DNA of 61,842 nt from an uncultured Candidatus Saccharibacteria bacterium (GCA_964629675.1 CAZVUG010000010.1:1-61842); one strand, 5' to 3'; positions 1-9,429 are shown, counted from the first letter of the stretch. Program-made: numbers and translations. Notes: generated by a model not told the origin, from the sequence alone.

Positions 1-22
1 TAAAATATTATAAATAAAATAT

Positions 23-763
23 ATGATAAAAAACGAAGAAATAAAATTATTATATAATCGTTCTGTAAATAAAAAATACCTTGGAGATTATGAATTTAAT
101 AGATGGTTTACAACTCAAAGTCGTCGCACTGATTTTTTCATGACTTATTCTGCAATTAAGCTTCGTTTAGAAAATATTAATTTTGAGAGATGTCTTGAAC
201 TTGGCCCGGGGCCAGGGACATGGACACGTATGCTATTTAGAAAGAACCCGAAGGCATTTTTTGATTTAGTTGATATTTCAATTGAAATGCAACATCAATT
301 TCAGCTAGAAATGAGAGGAGGAGAAAATATTCAATATTTTGTTAAAGATATTATGAATTTTAAACCTAATAATAAATATGATCTTTTTTTCTCTTCGCGA
401 GCAATTGAGTATCTAGCTAACAAGAAATCTTTTTTTAATAAATTATATAAATGGATGAATTTTAATAGCCGAGGAATTCTAATCACAAAAAATCCTAAAT
501 TCGGGTTCAGGAAGAAAAAAATAATACCCAAACAGCATACTGGCCAAATAAATCAAGAAAAAATAAGAAAAGTTTTATCTGAAGCTGGATTTTCAGAAAT
601 AAAAATATATCCGGTAATTGTAAGAATACCTATACTTAATCGTTTAGGAACTTACTTTCCAGAGAAACTTTTCAAAAAAATTTATACCCGTGAGATATCA
701 AATAATTTAATGTCTAAATTATTTGAAAGTTATCTAGTAACTTTTACAAAAAAACATATTTGA
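23..763 (+). CDS. class I SAM-dependent methyltransferase
   Basis: 246-aa ORF with SAM-binding motif I LELGPGPGTW followed by an acidic DLVD motif. The leader is A/T-only. Confidence 0.7.
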   Translation: MIKNEEIKLLYNRSVNKKYLGDYEFNRWFTTQSRRTDFFMTYSAIKLRLENINFERCLELGPGPGTWTRMLFRKNPKAFFDLVDISIEMQHQFQLEMRGGENIQYFVKDIMNFKPNNKYDLFFSSRAIEYLANKKSFFNKLYKWMNFNSRGILITKNPKFGFRKKKIIPKQHTGQINQEKIRKVLSEAGFSEIKIYPVIVRIPILNRLGTYFPEKLFKKIYTREISNNLMSKLFESYLVTFTKKHI

Positions 764-801
764 AAAAAGTAGTTAAAAAATAGCAAAGACATTAAAAAGT
801 T

Positions 802-2055
802 TTAATCTTTTGTTCTCTGAAAAAGTACAGCTACTGTTATACCAACAAAAAAAAGATATATTATTCTAGCTGATACTGCACCCCAAATCCCATAATAAAT
901 AACTCCTATAAATAAAGTGGTGATCAGTACAAGCGAACTTGTGATTTTGAGTATATATAATTCTTTTACTTTTTTATGAGCCGTAAGGGCATAACTAAGA
1001 ATTCCTGTTGGCACCATAAGAGATAAAGAAAATACCTGAGAATATATAACGGCATCCTTATAAGCTGGAAAAAATAGGTTAAAAATAAAAGGTGCTGTTA
1101 ATATATATATAATAACAATAAAAATCCTTAATAAACCAAACAAAAATATTTTTCTCCATATACTTTTTTTTATTTCTAGCAAACTTCTTTGTGCAAACTT
1201 AGGGTAGCCTAAACGACCTATATATTTCAATGGTGATTTAATTTGCACAGGTATGGCGATGGCAAAATAATATATAGCTACTTGCGCAGCACCAAAATAA
1301 TGGAAAATTAATATCTTGTCTAGTTGCTCAGCTAATACATTAAAAACATTTAACAAACTTAAATGTTTAGCATAGGATATTATTTTTGAATCATGCTTTT
1401 GGTTCGGTTTAAATTTTCTAAAGGTTATTTTAAAAAATATTAATCTTGATATTGTCAATGAAAAAAAATATACCAACAGAACAATAAATATATTTCTTGT
1501 CAAAAAAAGCGTTGTGATAATAGAAAATATATAGATAATTTGACTTATAATTTGAAATTTAGCAGAAATGTCGAAAAGTTTTTTACCGCTTAGAAATGAA
1601 TTATAGATATTAAATGAATCCATAAACGGTAAAAAAATAGCAGCTATTAATAAAGAAATTGCAAGGATAAGATTATTGTTTATCCAATAATATCCAGCGA
1701 CTCCTAAACTTCCAATAGACGCAAGAGTTCCCCATTTTATTTTAGCTTTAAATGCAGTAAGAAAAGAGCCTTCTTTTCCTCGAGCTACTGCTTGAATAAC
1801 AGCATTTCCTGTGCCCGGAAGTGTAAGAATTGTAATAACACTAATAATAGATAATATATATTTATAACTACCATATATTTCAGCTGGAAATAAATTAGCA
1901 AATGCAATTGCAAGTAAAAAAGCTGAGATAGAAGAAACGATTTTTTCTATCGTTAACCAATAGCCTCCTTTGGTTAAATAGACCATATCAGTCTTGGTAT
2001 ATTTTTCACTTCTTAGAATCAATTTATATATTTTAGATTTTATTCTCTGAATCAT
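802..2055 (-). CDS. polysaccharide / lipid-linked oligosaccharide flippase (MOP/Wzx-like) membrane protein
   Basis: 417 aa, hydrophobic throughout with about 12 segments. It lies directly downstream of a polyprenyl-phosphate sugar transferase on the same strand. Confidence 0.6.
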   Translation of the reverse strand: MIQRIKSKIYKLILRSEKYTKTDMVYLTKGGYWLTIEKIVSSISAFLLAIAFANLFPAEIYGSYKYILSIISVITILTLPGTGNAVIQAVARGKEGSFLTAFKAKIKWGTLASIGSLGVAGYYWINNNLILAISLLIAAIFLPFMDSFNIYNSFLSGKKLFDISAKFQIISQIIYIFSIITTLFLTRNIFIVLLVYFFSLTISRLIFFKITFRKFKPNQKHDSKIISYAKHLSLLNVFNVLAEQLDKILIFHYFGAAQVAIYYFAIAIPVQIKSPLKYIGRLGYPKFAQRSLLEIKKSIWRKIFLFGLLRIFIVIIYILTAPFIFNLFFPAYKDAVIYSQVFSLSLMVPTGILSYALTAHKKVKELYILKITSSLVLITTLFIGVIYYGIWGAVSARIIYLFFVGITVAVLFQRTKD

Positions 2056-2071
2056 GAAATGAAGAGATAAA

Positions 2072-2096
2072 TAAAGTTCTGATTTGCAGAACTTTA
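2072..2096 (-). terminator. intercistronic hairpin between sugar transferase and flippase genes
   Basis: 10-bp perfect stem TAAAGTTCTG / CAGAACTTTA with a 5-nt loop. It is followed by a T-rich stretch on the minus strand. Confidence 0.3.
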
Positions 2097-2118
2097 GCAG
2101 AGTTATTAATTAGAAAAG

Positions 2119-3459
2119 TTATCTCCCGCCTCCTTTTAAAACAATCTTAATAGTCTTCAAAATAATACTTGCATCTAAGACAAAAGAACGGTGCTTAATA
2201 TAATAAAGTTCGTATTGAAGTTTTTCGATACTGTCTTCAACAGATGCTCCGTAATGAAAATTTACTTGAGCCCAGCCAGTTAATCCAGGCTTAACGATAT
2301 GGCGAATTTGATAATAGGGTATTTTCTTCTCTAATTGTTGGACAAATTCAATTCTTTCTGGACGCGGACCAATAAAGCTCATTTGGCCAATAAAAATATT
2401 CCAAAGCTGAGGCAGTTCATCTGCTCTTGTCTTACGCAAAAATCGGCCTACTTTAGTTATCCGGTGATCTTCGTGATCTGCCCATTGAGCACCGTTTTTT
2501 TCAGCTTCTTCAATCATAGAGCGGAACTTGATTACTTTAAAAATCTGCCCGTCTTCGCCAATCCTTCTTTGAGTAAAGAAAATAGGTCCTTGGCTGTCTA
2601 TTTTAATTGCTAAGATAATAAAAGGATAGAAGATTAAACTAATTAATCCAAAGACAAAAGCACTAAGCATATCAACCACTCTTTTAGTAGATTCGTAAAA
2701 ATTTTTTTGACTTTCAGTTAAATTTTCTAAGAACCAAACTTCGCCAATGCTAGAAATTGGCACTTTTCCTAAAATCTTTTCATAAAAAGTAGGCAAATCA
2801 CTAAAAGTTATTTTTAAGGGAAGGCATTGATACAAGCTGCGAACCAGTCTTAAATCTTGATGTGGATCTAAAGCAGTGACAATAGTTTTAATATTTTTTT
2901 GGCTAGCCATTTCTAATAAATCAAAAGGCGTTTTGATATCTTTAGTACTTATTTGGGAAATTACTCGATAACCTAATTGAGGGTTTTTTTTAGTAATCCT
3001 GTCTATCTGTTTAGTCTCTTTATTTTTCCCTTCTTTATTAATGATTAGAACATTATTAATTAAATTCGATGATTTGACTAAATAATTAAAAATTTGCCGC
3101 CAAGCATAAAAAAGAACGGCAAAAATAATTAGGTTCAAAAATAAGTTTGTTTTAGGAGTGATATTGTAATAAGGAAAAAGATAGAAAAAAGCAATAGCCA
3201 AAGCGGCATTAATTATTAATCCTTGCAATAACAATGAGTAATATTCAATACTGTTTCTAGCAATAGCTAATTCATAAAGTCCAAGGATATAAAAAACGAT
3301 AATCCAAGTTAGGAAGATAATAGTAAAAGGCCAGAAATGCTGCTGCCAACGTTCATAATTAAAAATGCCTCGATAACGTATAGAAAGAGTTATTAATAAA
3401 GATAAATACAGAATAACAGCATCACCTAAAAATAAAATAATTTTCTTTTTGCTAAACAT
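2119..3459 (-). CDS. polyprenyl glycosylphosphotransferase (bacterial sugar transferase, WbaP/EpsL-like)
   Basis: The C-terminal domain carries ADELPQLWNIFIGQMSFIGPRPER and KPGLTGWAQV motifs. There are several N-terminal TM segments. Confidence 0.9.
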   Translation of the reverse strand: MFSKKKIILFLGDAVILYLSLLITLSIRYRGIFNYERWQQHFWPFTIIFLTWIIVFYILGLYELAIARNSIEYYSLLLQGLIINAALAIAFFYLFPYYNITPKTNLFLNLIIFAVLFYAWRQIFNYLVKSSNLINNVLIINKEGKNKETKQIDRITKKNPQLGYRVISQISTKDIKTPFDLLEMASQKNIKTIVTALDPHQDLRLVRSLYQCLPLKITFSDLPTFYEKILGKVPISSIGEVWFLENLTESQKNFYESTKRVVDMLSAFVFGLISLIFYPFIILAIKIDSQGPIFFTQRRIGEDGQIFKVIKFRSMIEEAEKNGAQWADHEDHRITKVGRFLRKTRADELPQLWNIFIGQMSFIGPRPERIEFVQQLEKKIPYYQIRHIVKPGLTGWAQVNFHYGASVEDSIEKLQYELYYIKHRSFVLDASIILKTIKIVLKGGGR

Positions 3460-3492
3460 TTCTGATAATATTTCTTTATATTTATTCTATGT

Positions 3493-3520
3493 TTTCTAAC
3501 TTGATAAATCAAGTTAGAAA
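3493..3520. promoter_or_regulatory. perfect 13+13 bp palindrome (candidate operator) in divergent promoter gap
   Basis: TTTCTAACTTGAT-AA-ATCAAGTTAGAAA, checked base by base. It lies between the divergent ATGs at 3459 (-) and 3536 (+). Confidence 0.45.
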
Positions 3521-3535
3521 TAGTAAAATAAAAAA

Positions 3536-5821
3536 ATGAACAAAGCCAATATTATTAAGCAGATAATTCATATTTGCCTCTATCTGATTTTGATAATTCC
3601 TTTTTTCGTTTGGGGGAAATTTTTATTTCCTTATATTAGTCCGAAAACTTTTGCCTTTAGAATTTTAATAGAGATAGCTATTTTCTTTTATATCTTATTA
3701 ATTATTTATCAACCACAGTATCGTCCTCGTTTTAGTAAATTAACTTGGATCATTTTAATCTATATTATTGCGATAACTTTAGCTAGTATTTTCGGCGTAG
3801 ATCCTTACCGTAGCTTTTGGGGGAATATTGAAAGAGGGGAAGGCCTCTTAACTGTTTACCATCTTTTTGCTTTCTATATCTTAATTACTAGTTTGTTTAA
3901 AGAAAAAAAAGACTGGCTAAGATATTTTAATTTTTCTGCATTAGTCAGCATCTTAATGTCTCTATATGCTTTAGGGCAAAAATTTGAATTAGGTTCTCTA
4001 ATGAAGAGTGCTGGCGGAAGCCGTCTGGCTGGAACTATCGGCAATGCTAGCTTCCTGGCAGCTTATTTGCTTTTAAGCATTTTTATTATTCTATTTCTAT
4101 TTATTAATAGCCGAAGTCGTAATTGGCGAATTTTTTATGGGGCGGCCTTTTTGTTTGAAGCATATATTCTTTTTGAGACGCAAACTAGAGGAGCTTTGTT
4201 AGGCTTTTTTGGCGGATTAATTCTGGTGGCTATTTTAGGCGTAATATTTTCAAAAAATAGAAAAGTAAAATTAGGCGCAATTGCCTTATTGTTAATTTTA
4301 ATTATTGCTGCTAGCTCAATTTGGTTTTTACGCGATAGTGAAAGCATTAAAAATATTAAAACTTTAGAGCGTTTAGTTTCTATTTCTTTTGATGATATTA
4401 CTACTCAGTCTCGACTGTTAGGTTGGCAGGCAGCTTGGAAAGGCTGGCAAGACAGATTTGTTTTTGGTTATGGCTACGAAAACTATAATGTCGCTTTTAA
4501 TAAATATTTCCCAGCACCTATTTATAGAGATTCTGGCTCTCAAATTTGGTTTGACCGAGCTCACAATATCTTTTTTGACCAAGCAGTTACTGGAGGGATC
4601 TTAGGTATATTATCTTATTTAGGCATTTTGGTTTTGTCTGCCTTGCTTTTATTATCTTGGCTGCGGAAATCAAGAAAAGAAGAAAATTCTCCGGCAGAAA
4701 TAAAATCAGAGAAAAATAATTTTAATCATTTAGGATTTATTATTCTAATTGGCCTTTTGGCGTCTTATTTTGCCCAAAATATGTTTGTCTTTGATACGAT
4801 GGGCACTTATATCTTATTTTATTCTGTCTTAGGATTTATAACTTATTTATCTTTTAATCAAAACAATGCCGAAAATTCTTCAACTCAGCAAAATAATGAA
4901 AGAAATGCGCCTAAATCATTTCTTGTTATTGTTTTATCTTTTATCTTAATTTTTACTATTTATATTTTTAATATTAAACCGGCTATTGCTAATACTACTT
5001 GTATTAAGGGATTGTCTTATGCTTATCGGCAGAATTATATAGAAGCAATGGATGAATTTAAAAAATCTTTAAGCTATGGTACTTACCAAGCTCCGGAAAT
5101 TAGGCAAAATCTTTCTCAAATAGTAGGCCAAGCAGCAAAGAGCGGCCAGTTTGAAAATGCAGAAATTCAAGAAATTTTTGAGTTTGCTATTGATGAAATG
5201 AGAAAAAACCTAGAAAAATCTCCCCAAAATGCCCGACATTATTTATTTGCTGTCTATCTATATAAATCAGCTGCTGAGTATGCGCCGGAATATTATAATA
5301 AAGTATTAGAAGGATGTTTCAAGGGTTTAGAATTAAGCCCGACCCGCCCTCAATTTTATTATGTTCTGGGCCAGACAAAATTTATTCAAGGAGAATACGA
5401 AAAAGGGATTGAGTATCTGGAAAAAGCTTTAGCCCTAAATCCTAAAGTAATGGAATCTCGTTGGAATCTAGCAGCTGGATATATTATTGCCGGGGAAGAT
5501 GAATTAGCTGAAGAGGAATTTAAAACAATGGCAGAAATGGGCTTTGATTATTATTCAGCAGAGAATCTATCAAAAATGATTAATATTTATTCGTCTAAAA
5601 AGAATTTTGAAAAAGTTGTTTCCCTTTATCAGGAAATGATTAAGCTTCAGCCGGATAATGCTATTTTACGGATAAGGTTGGCAGAGAATTATGAAAAAAT
5701 AGGAGAAATAGAAAAAGCCAAAGAAGCCGTCAAAAAAGCAGCCGAAATAGATCCTAGCTTAGAGGAAAAAGCAGCTGAAATTTTAGATTTATTAGGAAAT
5801 TTAAAAAATGAAAATGATTAA
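3536..5821 (+). CDS. O-antigen ligase/polymerase-like (Wzy_C-type) polytopic membrane protein with C-terminal TPR repeats
   Basis: 761 aa. The N-terminal ~470 aa are multi-TM with a large loop (WQAAWKGWQDRFVFGYGYENY). The C-terminal ~280 aa have TPR-like periodicity (YEKGIEYLEKALALNP, IEKAKEAVKKAAEIDP). Confidence 0.7.
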   Translation: MNKANIIKQIIHICLYLILIIPFFVWGKFLFPYISPKTFAFRILIEIAIFFYILLIIYQPQYRPRFSKLTWIILIYIIAITLASIFGVDPYRSFWGNIERGEGLLTVYHLFAFYILITSLFKEKKDWLRYFNFSALVSILMSLYALGQKFELGSLMKSAGGSRLAGTIGNASFLAAYLLLSIFIILFLFINSRSRNWRIFYGAAFLFEAYILFETQTRGALLGFFGGLILVAILGVIFSKNRKVKLGAIALLLILIIAASSIWFLRDSESIKNIKTLERLVSISFDDITTQSRLLGWQAAWKGWQDRFVFGYGYENYNVAFNKYFPAPIYRDSGSQIWFDRAHNIFFDQAVTGGILGILSYLGILVLSALLLLSWLRKSRKEENSPAEIKSEKNNFNHLGFIILIGLLASYFAQNMFVFDTMGTYILFYSVLGFITYLSFNQNNAENSSTQQNNERNAPKSFLVIVLSFILIFTIYIFNIKPAIANTTCIKGLSYAYRQNYIEAMDEFKKSLSYGTYQAPEIRQNLSQIVGQAAKSGQFENAEIQEIFEFAIDEMRKNLEKSPQNARHYLFAVYLYKSAAEYAPEYYNKVLEGCFKGLELSPTRPQFYYVLGQTKFIQGEYEKGIEYLEKALALNPKVMESRWNLAAGYIIAGEDELAEEEFKTMAEMGFDYYSAENLSKMINIYSSKKNFEKVVSLYQEMIKLQPDNAILRIRLAENYEKIGEIEKAKEAVKKAAEIDPSLEEKAAEILDLLGNLKNEND

Positions 5822-7778
5822 GAAAACAATTAGTTTGATAATCATTGCCGGAGGTTTTTTTGCCTTAATTAATGTAGCTCAGGCAAACCAATTAGGCAGT
5901 TCGGTTAATTTTTATGTTGATACTGATTATGACTCTCATGGCAGAGAACAAGTTTCAGCCACTCTTAAAGAAGTAGGCGATTATATCTATTTTTATATAG
6001 AGGATGATTATTGGAATAGCCTGGATAGCGATTCACAAAGAAATCTAAGGTTAGTTTTAGGAGATTTAGCGAATGAGTTTGATACAGTCATCTACCCTAG
6101 AGAAAGAGCTGTCTTTGGTTCAGAATGGAAGCCAGGCGTTGATAATGACGACAGGATTACAGTTCTTATCACGCAATTAGTAAGTAATGTTGGCGGTTAT
6201 ATTAATAATCATAATGAATATTTAAGATCGCAAATTCCAACTTCCAATCAAAGAGAAATGATTTATCTAAACTCATTAAGTATTTTTGAGTCTAATAATA
6301 AAGCTTTTCTGGCTCATGAATTTCAGCATTTAATTACTTTTTACCAAAAGACTGTCTTGCATGGAATAGAAGAAGAGGTTTGGCTTAATGAAGCTCGCTC
6401 AGAATATGCACCGACTGTCTGCGGATATAATGATAATTATAATAATAGCTATTTAGCTGATCGAGTCGACGTCTTTTTAGATTCTCCTTCAGATTCTTTA
6501 ACTGAATGGAAAAACAAGCTGGCTGATTATGGAGTAATTAATGTTTTTTTTCATTATCTAATAAATCATTTTGGAGAAAGCTTTTTAACTAAAATGGCTC
6601 TAAATGACAAAGTTGGCATTGAAAGCATTAATCAAGCTTTAGCTGATTCAGGATATTCAGAAAAATTCTCTGATATTTTTACAGATTGGCTTGTTGCTAG
6701 CTATCTTAATAATTGCCAGATAACACCAGAGAACAAGTATTGTTATCTTGACGATAACTTAAATTATGCTCACCTTCATACAGACTATACAGCTAGCTAT
6801 AGTGGTTTTCCTGATTTAATTATTTCGCGAAGCAGTATTGTAAAAGATTGGTCTGCTCATTGGTATAGATTTAGACAGACGGAATCTTCAACTAATCGAA
6901 ATACTTTTAAATTAGTTTTTGAAGGATTAGGCAATCGAGCAGATTTCCAAGTTCCTTATATTATCATTAATTCTGAAAATGAGCCGACAATAGGCTCAAT
7001 TAATTTAATTAATCAACAGGGAACAATTTATGTTCCTGAATTTGGCGTAAGCAATGAAGCTTTAATTATTGCTCCTTTTAATAAGTATAAGGAGAAAGGA
7101 TTTACTAACGACGAGCCTTCAGCCTCATTTTCTTTTACTGCCTCAAGTATTGATAAGGCTATTGTCGCTATTAATAATCTTTATCCAGTAAGTGGTTCTC
7201 TTGACGGCGGATACGAAATCAAAATTCAAGGCGCTGGCTTTTCTCAAGTAAATAAAATTATTTTTGCTGGAGAGGAAATAGATGAATTTGAAATTATTAA
7301 TGATGAAAATATTATTTTTACTGCGCCAAAACATTCAGCTGGCCTGGTGAATATTACTGTTGTTGGCGAAGAGAATGAAGATACTTTAGCTAATGCTTTC
7401 ACATATGCTTCTTCTCAATCTGAATATAGGGATGGCAGCTTGCTTCGAGCAAAAGACGATTATAAAGTTTATGTTATTAAAGGCAATTATAAAAGATGGA
7501 TTCAAACTGCTGAAATTTTTAACTATTATGGTCATTTAAAATGGGAAGATATAATTGATGTTGAACCGGAAATTTTAGAAAAATATCAAGACAGCTGGCT
7601 TGTTCGCGCAGATAATGATTTTAAAGTTTATCAATTAGATGCCAGTGGAAATAGGCATTGGCTAAATATGACTGCTGAAGAATTTATTAATTCAGGATAT
7701 CGATGGGAAATGGTTTATCTAATTAACTCTTGGGAAAGAAATTATTATCAAGTTGGCTCAGAAATAAAATCTGCGTAA
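5808..7778 (+). CDS. secreted HExxH metallopeptidase-like surface protein with IPT/TIG-like domain and duplicated C-terminal module
   Basis: Signal peptide ends in ...NVAQA. HExxH is present in LAHEFQHLI. An Ig-like segment reads GGYEIKIQGAGF...IIFTAPKHSAGLVNITV. Two tandem ~50-aa repeats follow (DDYKVYVIKGNYKRWI / NDFKVYQLDASGNRHWL). Confidence 0.6.
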   Translation: MKMIKKTISLIIIAGGFFALINVAQANQLGSSVNFYVDTDYDSHGREQVSATLKEVGDYIYFYIEDDYWNSLDSDSQRNLRLVLGDLANEFDTVIYPRERAVFGSEWKPGVDNDDRITVLITQLVSNVGGYINNHNEYLRSQIPTSNQREMIYLNSLSIFESNNKAFLAHEFQHLITFYQKTVLHGIEEEVWLNEARSEYAPTVCGYNDNYNNSYLADRVDVFLDSPSDSLTEWKNKLADYGVINVFFHYLINHFGESFLTKMALNDKVGIESINQALADSGYSEKFSDIFTDWLVASYLNNCQITPENKYCYLDDNLNYAHLHTDYTASYSGFPDLIISRSSIVKDWSAHWYRFRQTESSTNRNTFKLVFEGLGNRADFQVPYIIINSENEPTIGSINLINQQGTIYVPEFGVSNEALIIAPFNKYKEKGFTNDEPSASFSFTASSIDKAIVAINNLYPVSGSLDGGYEIKIQGAGFSQVNKIIFAGEEIDEFEIINDENIIFTAPKHSAGLVNITVVGEENEDTLANAFTYASSQSEYRDGSLLRAKDDYKVYVIKGNYKRWIQTAEIFNYYGHLKWEDIIDVEPEILEKYQDSWLVRADNDFKVYQLDASGNRHWLNMTAEEFINSGYRWEMVYLINSWERNYYQVGSEIKSA

Positions 7779-7783
7779 TAAAA

Positions 7784-8557
7784 ATGAAAGAAAATATTAT
7801 TCTTTCTCCGTATACTACTTTTCAAATTGGAGGTCCGGCAAGATATTTTAGCATAGCTAAGAATGAAGAAGACATTAATAAGGCAATAAACTTTGCTCAA
7901 AGCAAAAAATTGCCTTATTTTATTTTAGGCGGCGGCAGCAACTTATTAATTAACGACAAAGGCTTTAGCGGATTGGTTATTAAAATAGAAGGATCAAATT
8001 TTCAAATAAAAGAAAATATAATTATCAGCGACGCTGGAACATTATTAAGTAATTTAGTTGCCGAATCAGTTAAAAATTCTTTGACTGGCTTAGAATGGGC
8101 TGTTGGCATTCCGGGAACTATCGGCGGAGCAATCAATGTTCAGGCCAGCGCTTTTAATAAGAATATTTTAGAATCAGTCAGGAATATTAAAAAAATAAAT
8201 GATGTTATTATTTCTGCTGAATTAAAACTTCAAAAAGGAAATTCACAAGAAAGCCAGAAAATGATTCAGAAATATATTAGGCAGAGAAAAGAAACTCAGC
8301 CAATAAACTATGCTTCGGCTGGATGTATTTTTAAAAATCCTCCAGAGAAATTTGCCGGAAAATTAATTGAAGATTGCGGTTTAAAAGGATTAACAATCGG
8401 TCAAGCGCAAGTCTCGCAAAAGCATGCTAATTTTATTATTAATCTCGGCAGGGCTCGATCAAATGATGTCAGTCAATTAATTAAAAAAATTAAAAATGAA
8501 GTTTGGCGAAAGTTTGAAATAAAACTCGAAGAAGAAATCCAATATCTTGGATTTTAA
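7784..8557 (+). CDS. murB: UDP-N-acetylenolpyruvoylglucosamine reductase (compact form)
   Basis: Motifs YTTFQIGGPARYF, ILGGGSNLL, GIPGTIGGAI, SAGCIFKNP and VSQKHANFIIN are present. I moved the start to the ATG at 7784, because the track start at 7730 overlaps the upstream gene. Confidence 0.85.
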   Translation: MKENIILSPYTTFQIGGPARYFSIAKNEEDINKAINFAQSKKLPYFILGGGSNLLINDKGFSGLVIKIEGSNFQIKENIIISDAGTLLSNLVAESVKNSLTGLEWAVGIPGTIGGAINVQASAFNKNILESVRNIKKINDVIISAELKLQKGNSQESQKMIQKYIRQRKETQPINYASAGCIFKNPPEKFAGKLIEDCGLKGLTIGQAQVSQKHANFIINLGRARSNDVSQLIKKIKNEVWRKFEIKLEEEIQYLGF

Positions 8558-8558
8558 T

Positions 8559-8587
8559 TTGGCTAATTATATTTTTTATGCTATTAT
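8559..8587 (+). promoter_or_regulatory. sigma-70-like promoter with extended -10 upstream of hpf
   Basis: TTGGCT-17 nt-TATTAT, with TG one base upstream of the -10 (TGCTATTAT). It shares the TTTTTTATGCTAT(A/T)AT motif with the pilin promoter at 51863. Confidence 0.35.
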
Positions 8588-8619
8588 TAAATTAAGTTGG
8601 CTAATTAAAATTTTTAAAA

Positions 8620-9033
8620 ATGAAAATTATTATTAAATCAACTAATATAGATTTGAATCCTTCTATCAAGCAATACGTAGAAAGTAAAATTGGCAGTTTA
8701 AAAAAATTCTTAAAAAAATTTAATCCAGAGCTTACAGAAGCTAAGGTAGAAGTAGGCAAAATTACCCAAGGGCAAAGGCAGGGCGAAATATTCAGAGCAG
8801 AAGTTAATTTAAGTGTTGATGGCGACCTTATTAGAGTAGAAAAAACAGAAGAGTCTTTAAATGCTGCCATTGATTTATTGAGGGATGATTTAGCAAATAA
8901 GATCAGAGAGTATAAAGACAAGAAAGAAACGCAAAATATTCGCGGTGCCCGCTCTTGGAAAAAATTCTGGCAAATTAATCCATTGGCTCGTTTTCGTTCG
9001 TCAAAAGTAAAAAATATTCTTAAAAAGAAATAA
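8620..9033 (+). CDS. hpf: ribosome hibernation promoting factor (HPF/RaiA family)
   Basis: 137 aa with an MKIIIKSTNIDLNPSIKQYVESKI...FRAEVNLSV...LNAAIDLLRDDLANKI pattern typical of the S30AE/YfiA fold. Confidence 0.8.
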   Translation: MKIIIKSTNIDLNPSIKQYVESKIGSLKKFLKKFNPELTEAKVEVGKITQGQRQGEIFRAEVNLSVDGDLIRVEKTEESLNAAIDLLRDDLANKIREYKDKKETQNIRGARSWKKFWQINPLARFRSSKVKNILKKK

Positions 9034-9091
9034 GGAGATAAATTGGAGGTCGGATTTATCTTTAATTTTTAAATTAAATATTTTTAAAATA

Positions 9092-9286
9092 ATGCCAACG
9101 AAAAAGAAAACAAGAAAGAAAACAGCTGCCAAAAAGACAACTAAAAAAAGAACTGTTAGAAAAGCAGCTCCTAAGAGAAAAACTACTCGCAAAAAAGCAA
9201 CTCCTCGAAAAAAAACTACCACTCGCAGAAAAGCAGCTCCCAAAAGAAAAACTGTCCGCAAAAAAACTACCAGAAAGAAAAAATAG
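9092..9286 (+). CDS. histone H1-like lysine/arginine-rich basic protein
   Basis: 64 aa composed almost entirely of K/R/T/A/P, with repeats RKAAPKRKT(T/V)RKK. A strong terminator follows. Confidence 0.6.
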   Translation: MPTKKKTRKKTAAKKTTKKRTVRKAAPKRKTTRKKATPRKKTTTRRKAAPKRKTVRKKTTRKKK

Positions 9287-9310
9287 TTTTCTTGCTTAGA
9301 TAAGTTTAAT

Positions 9311-9352
9311 AAAACAATTACAGAGAGTTGTGACTCCCAATGTAATTGTTTT
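9311..9352 (+). terminator. intrinsic terminator after H1-like gene
   Basis: 12-bp perfect stem AAAACAATTACA / TGTAATTGTTTT with an 18-nt loop and a T-rich 3' side. Confidence 0.6.
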
Positions 9353-9367
9353 ATATACTAAAAAAGA

Positions 9368-9396
9368 TTGCTCTTTCTCGTTTTTCGTTTTATAAT
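9368..9396 (+). promoter_or_regulatory. candidate secA promoter
   Basis: TTGCTC-17 nt-TATAAT, 34 nt upstream of the secA ATG. Confidence 0.35.
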
Positions 9397-9429
9397 TAAA
9401 GCAGTAAAAGCTGCTTTTTTAATTTAATT

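Noticed and set aside
7730-7783. Longer N-terminal extensions proposed by the ORF track: murB from 7730, the HD gene from 11969, the GT4 gene from 33659, the trmH-like gene from TTG 46814, and the small protein from TTG 48585.
   Set aside because: The extensions overlap the preceding gene or lack any conserved N-terminal sequence. Internal ATGs at 7784, 12053, 33701, 46850 and 48642 coincide with the conserved protein N-termini. They also fit the compact spacing and ATGA overlaps, or a strong SD.
9001-9261. 86-aa minus-strand ORF (FLLGAAFLRVVVFF...) opposite the H1-like gene.
   Set aside because: It is the reverse-complement reading of the AAA/AAG/ACT repeat. The + strand frame has a terminator in the correct orientation and a composition typical of basic nucleoid proteins.
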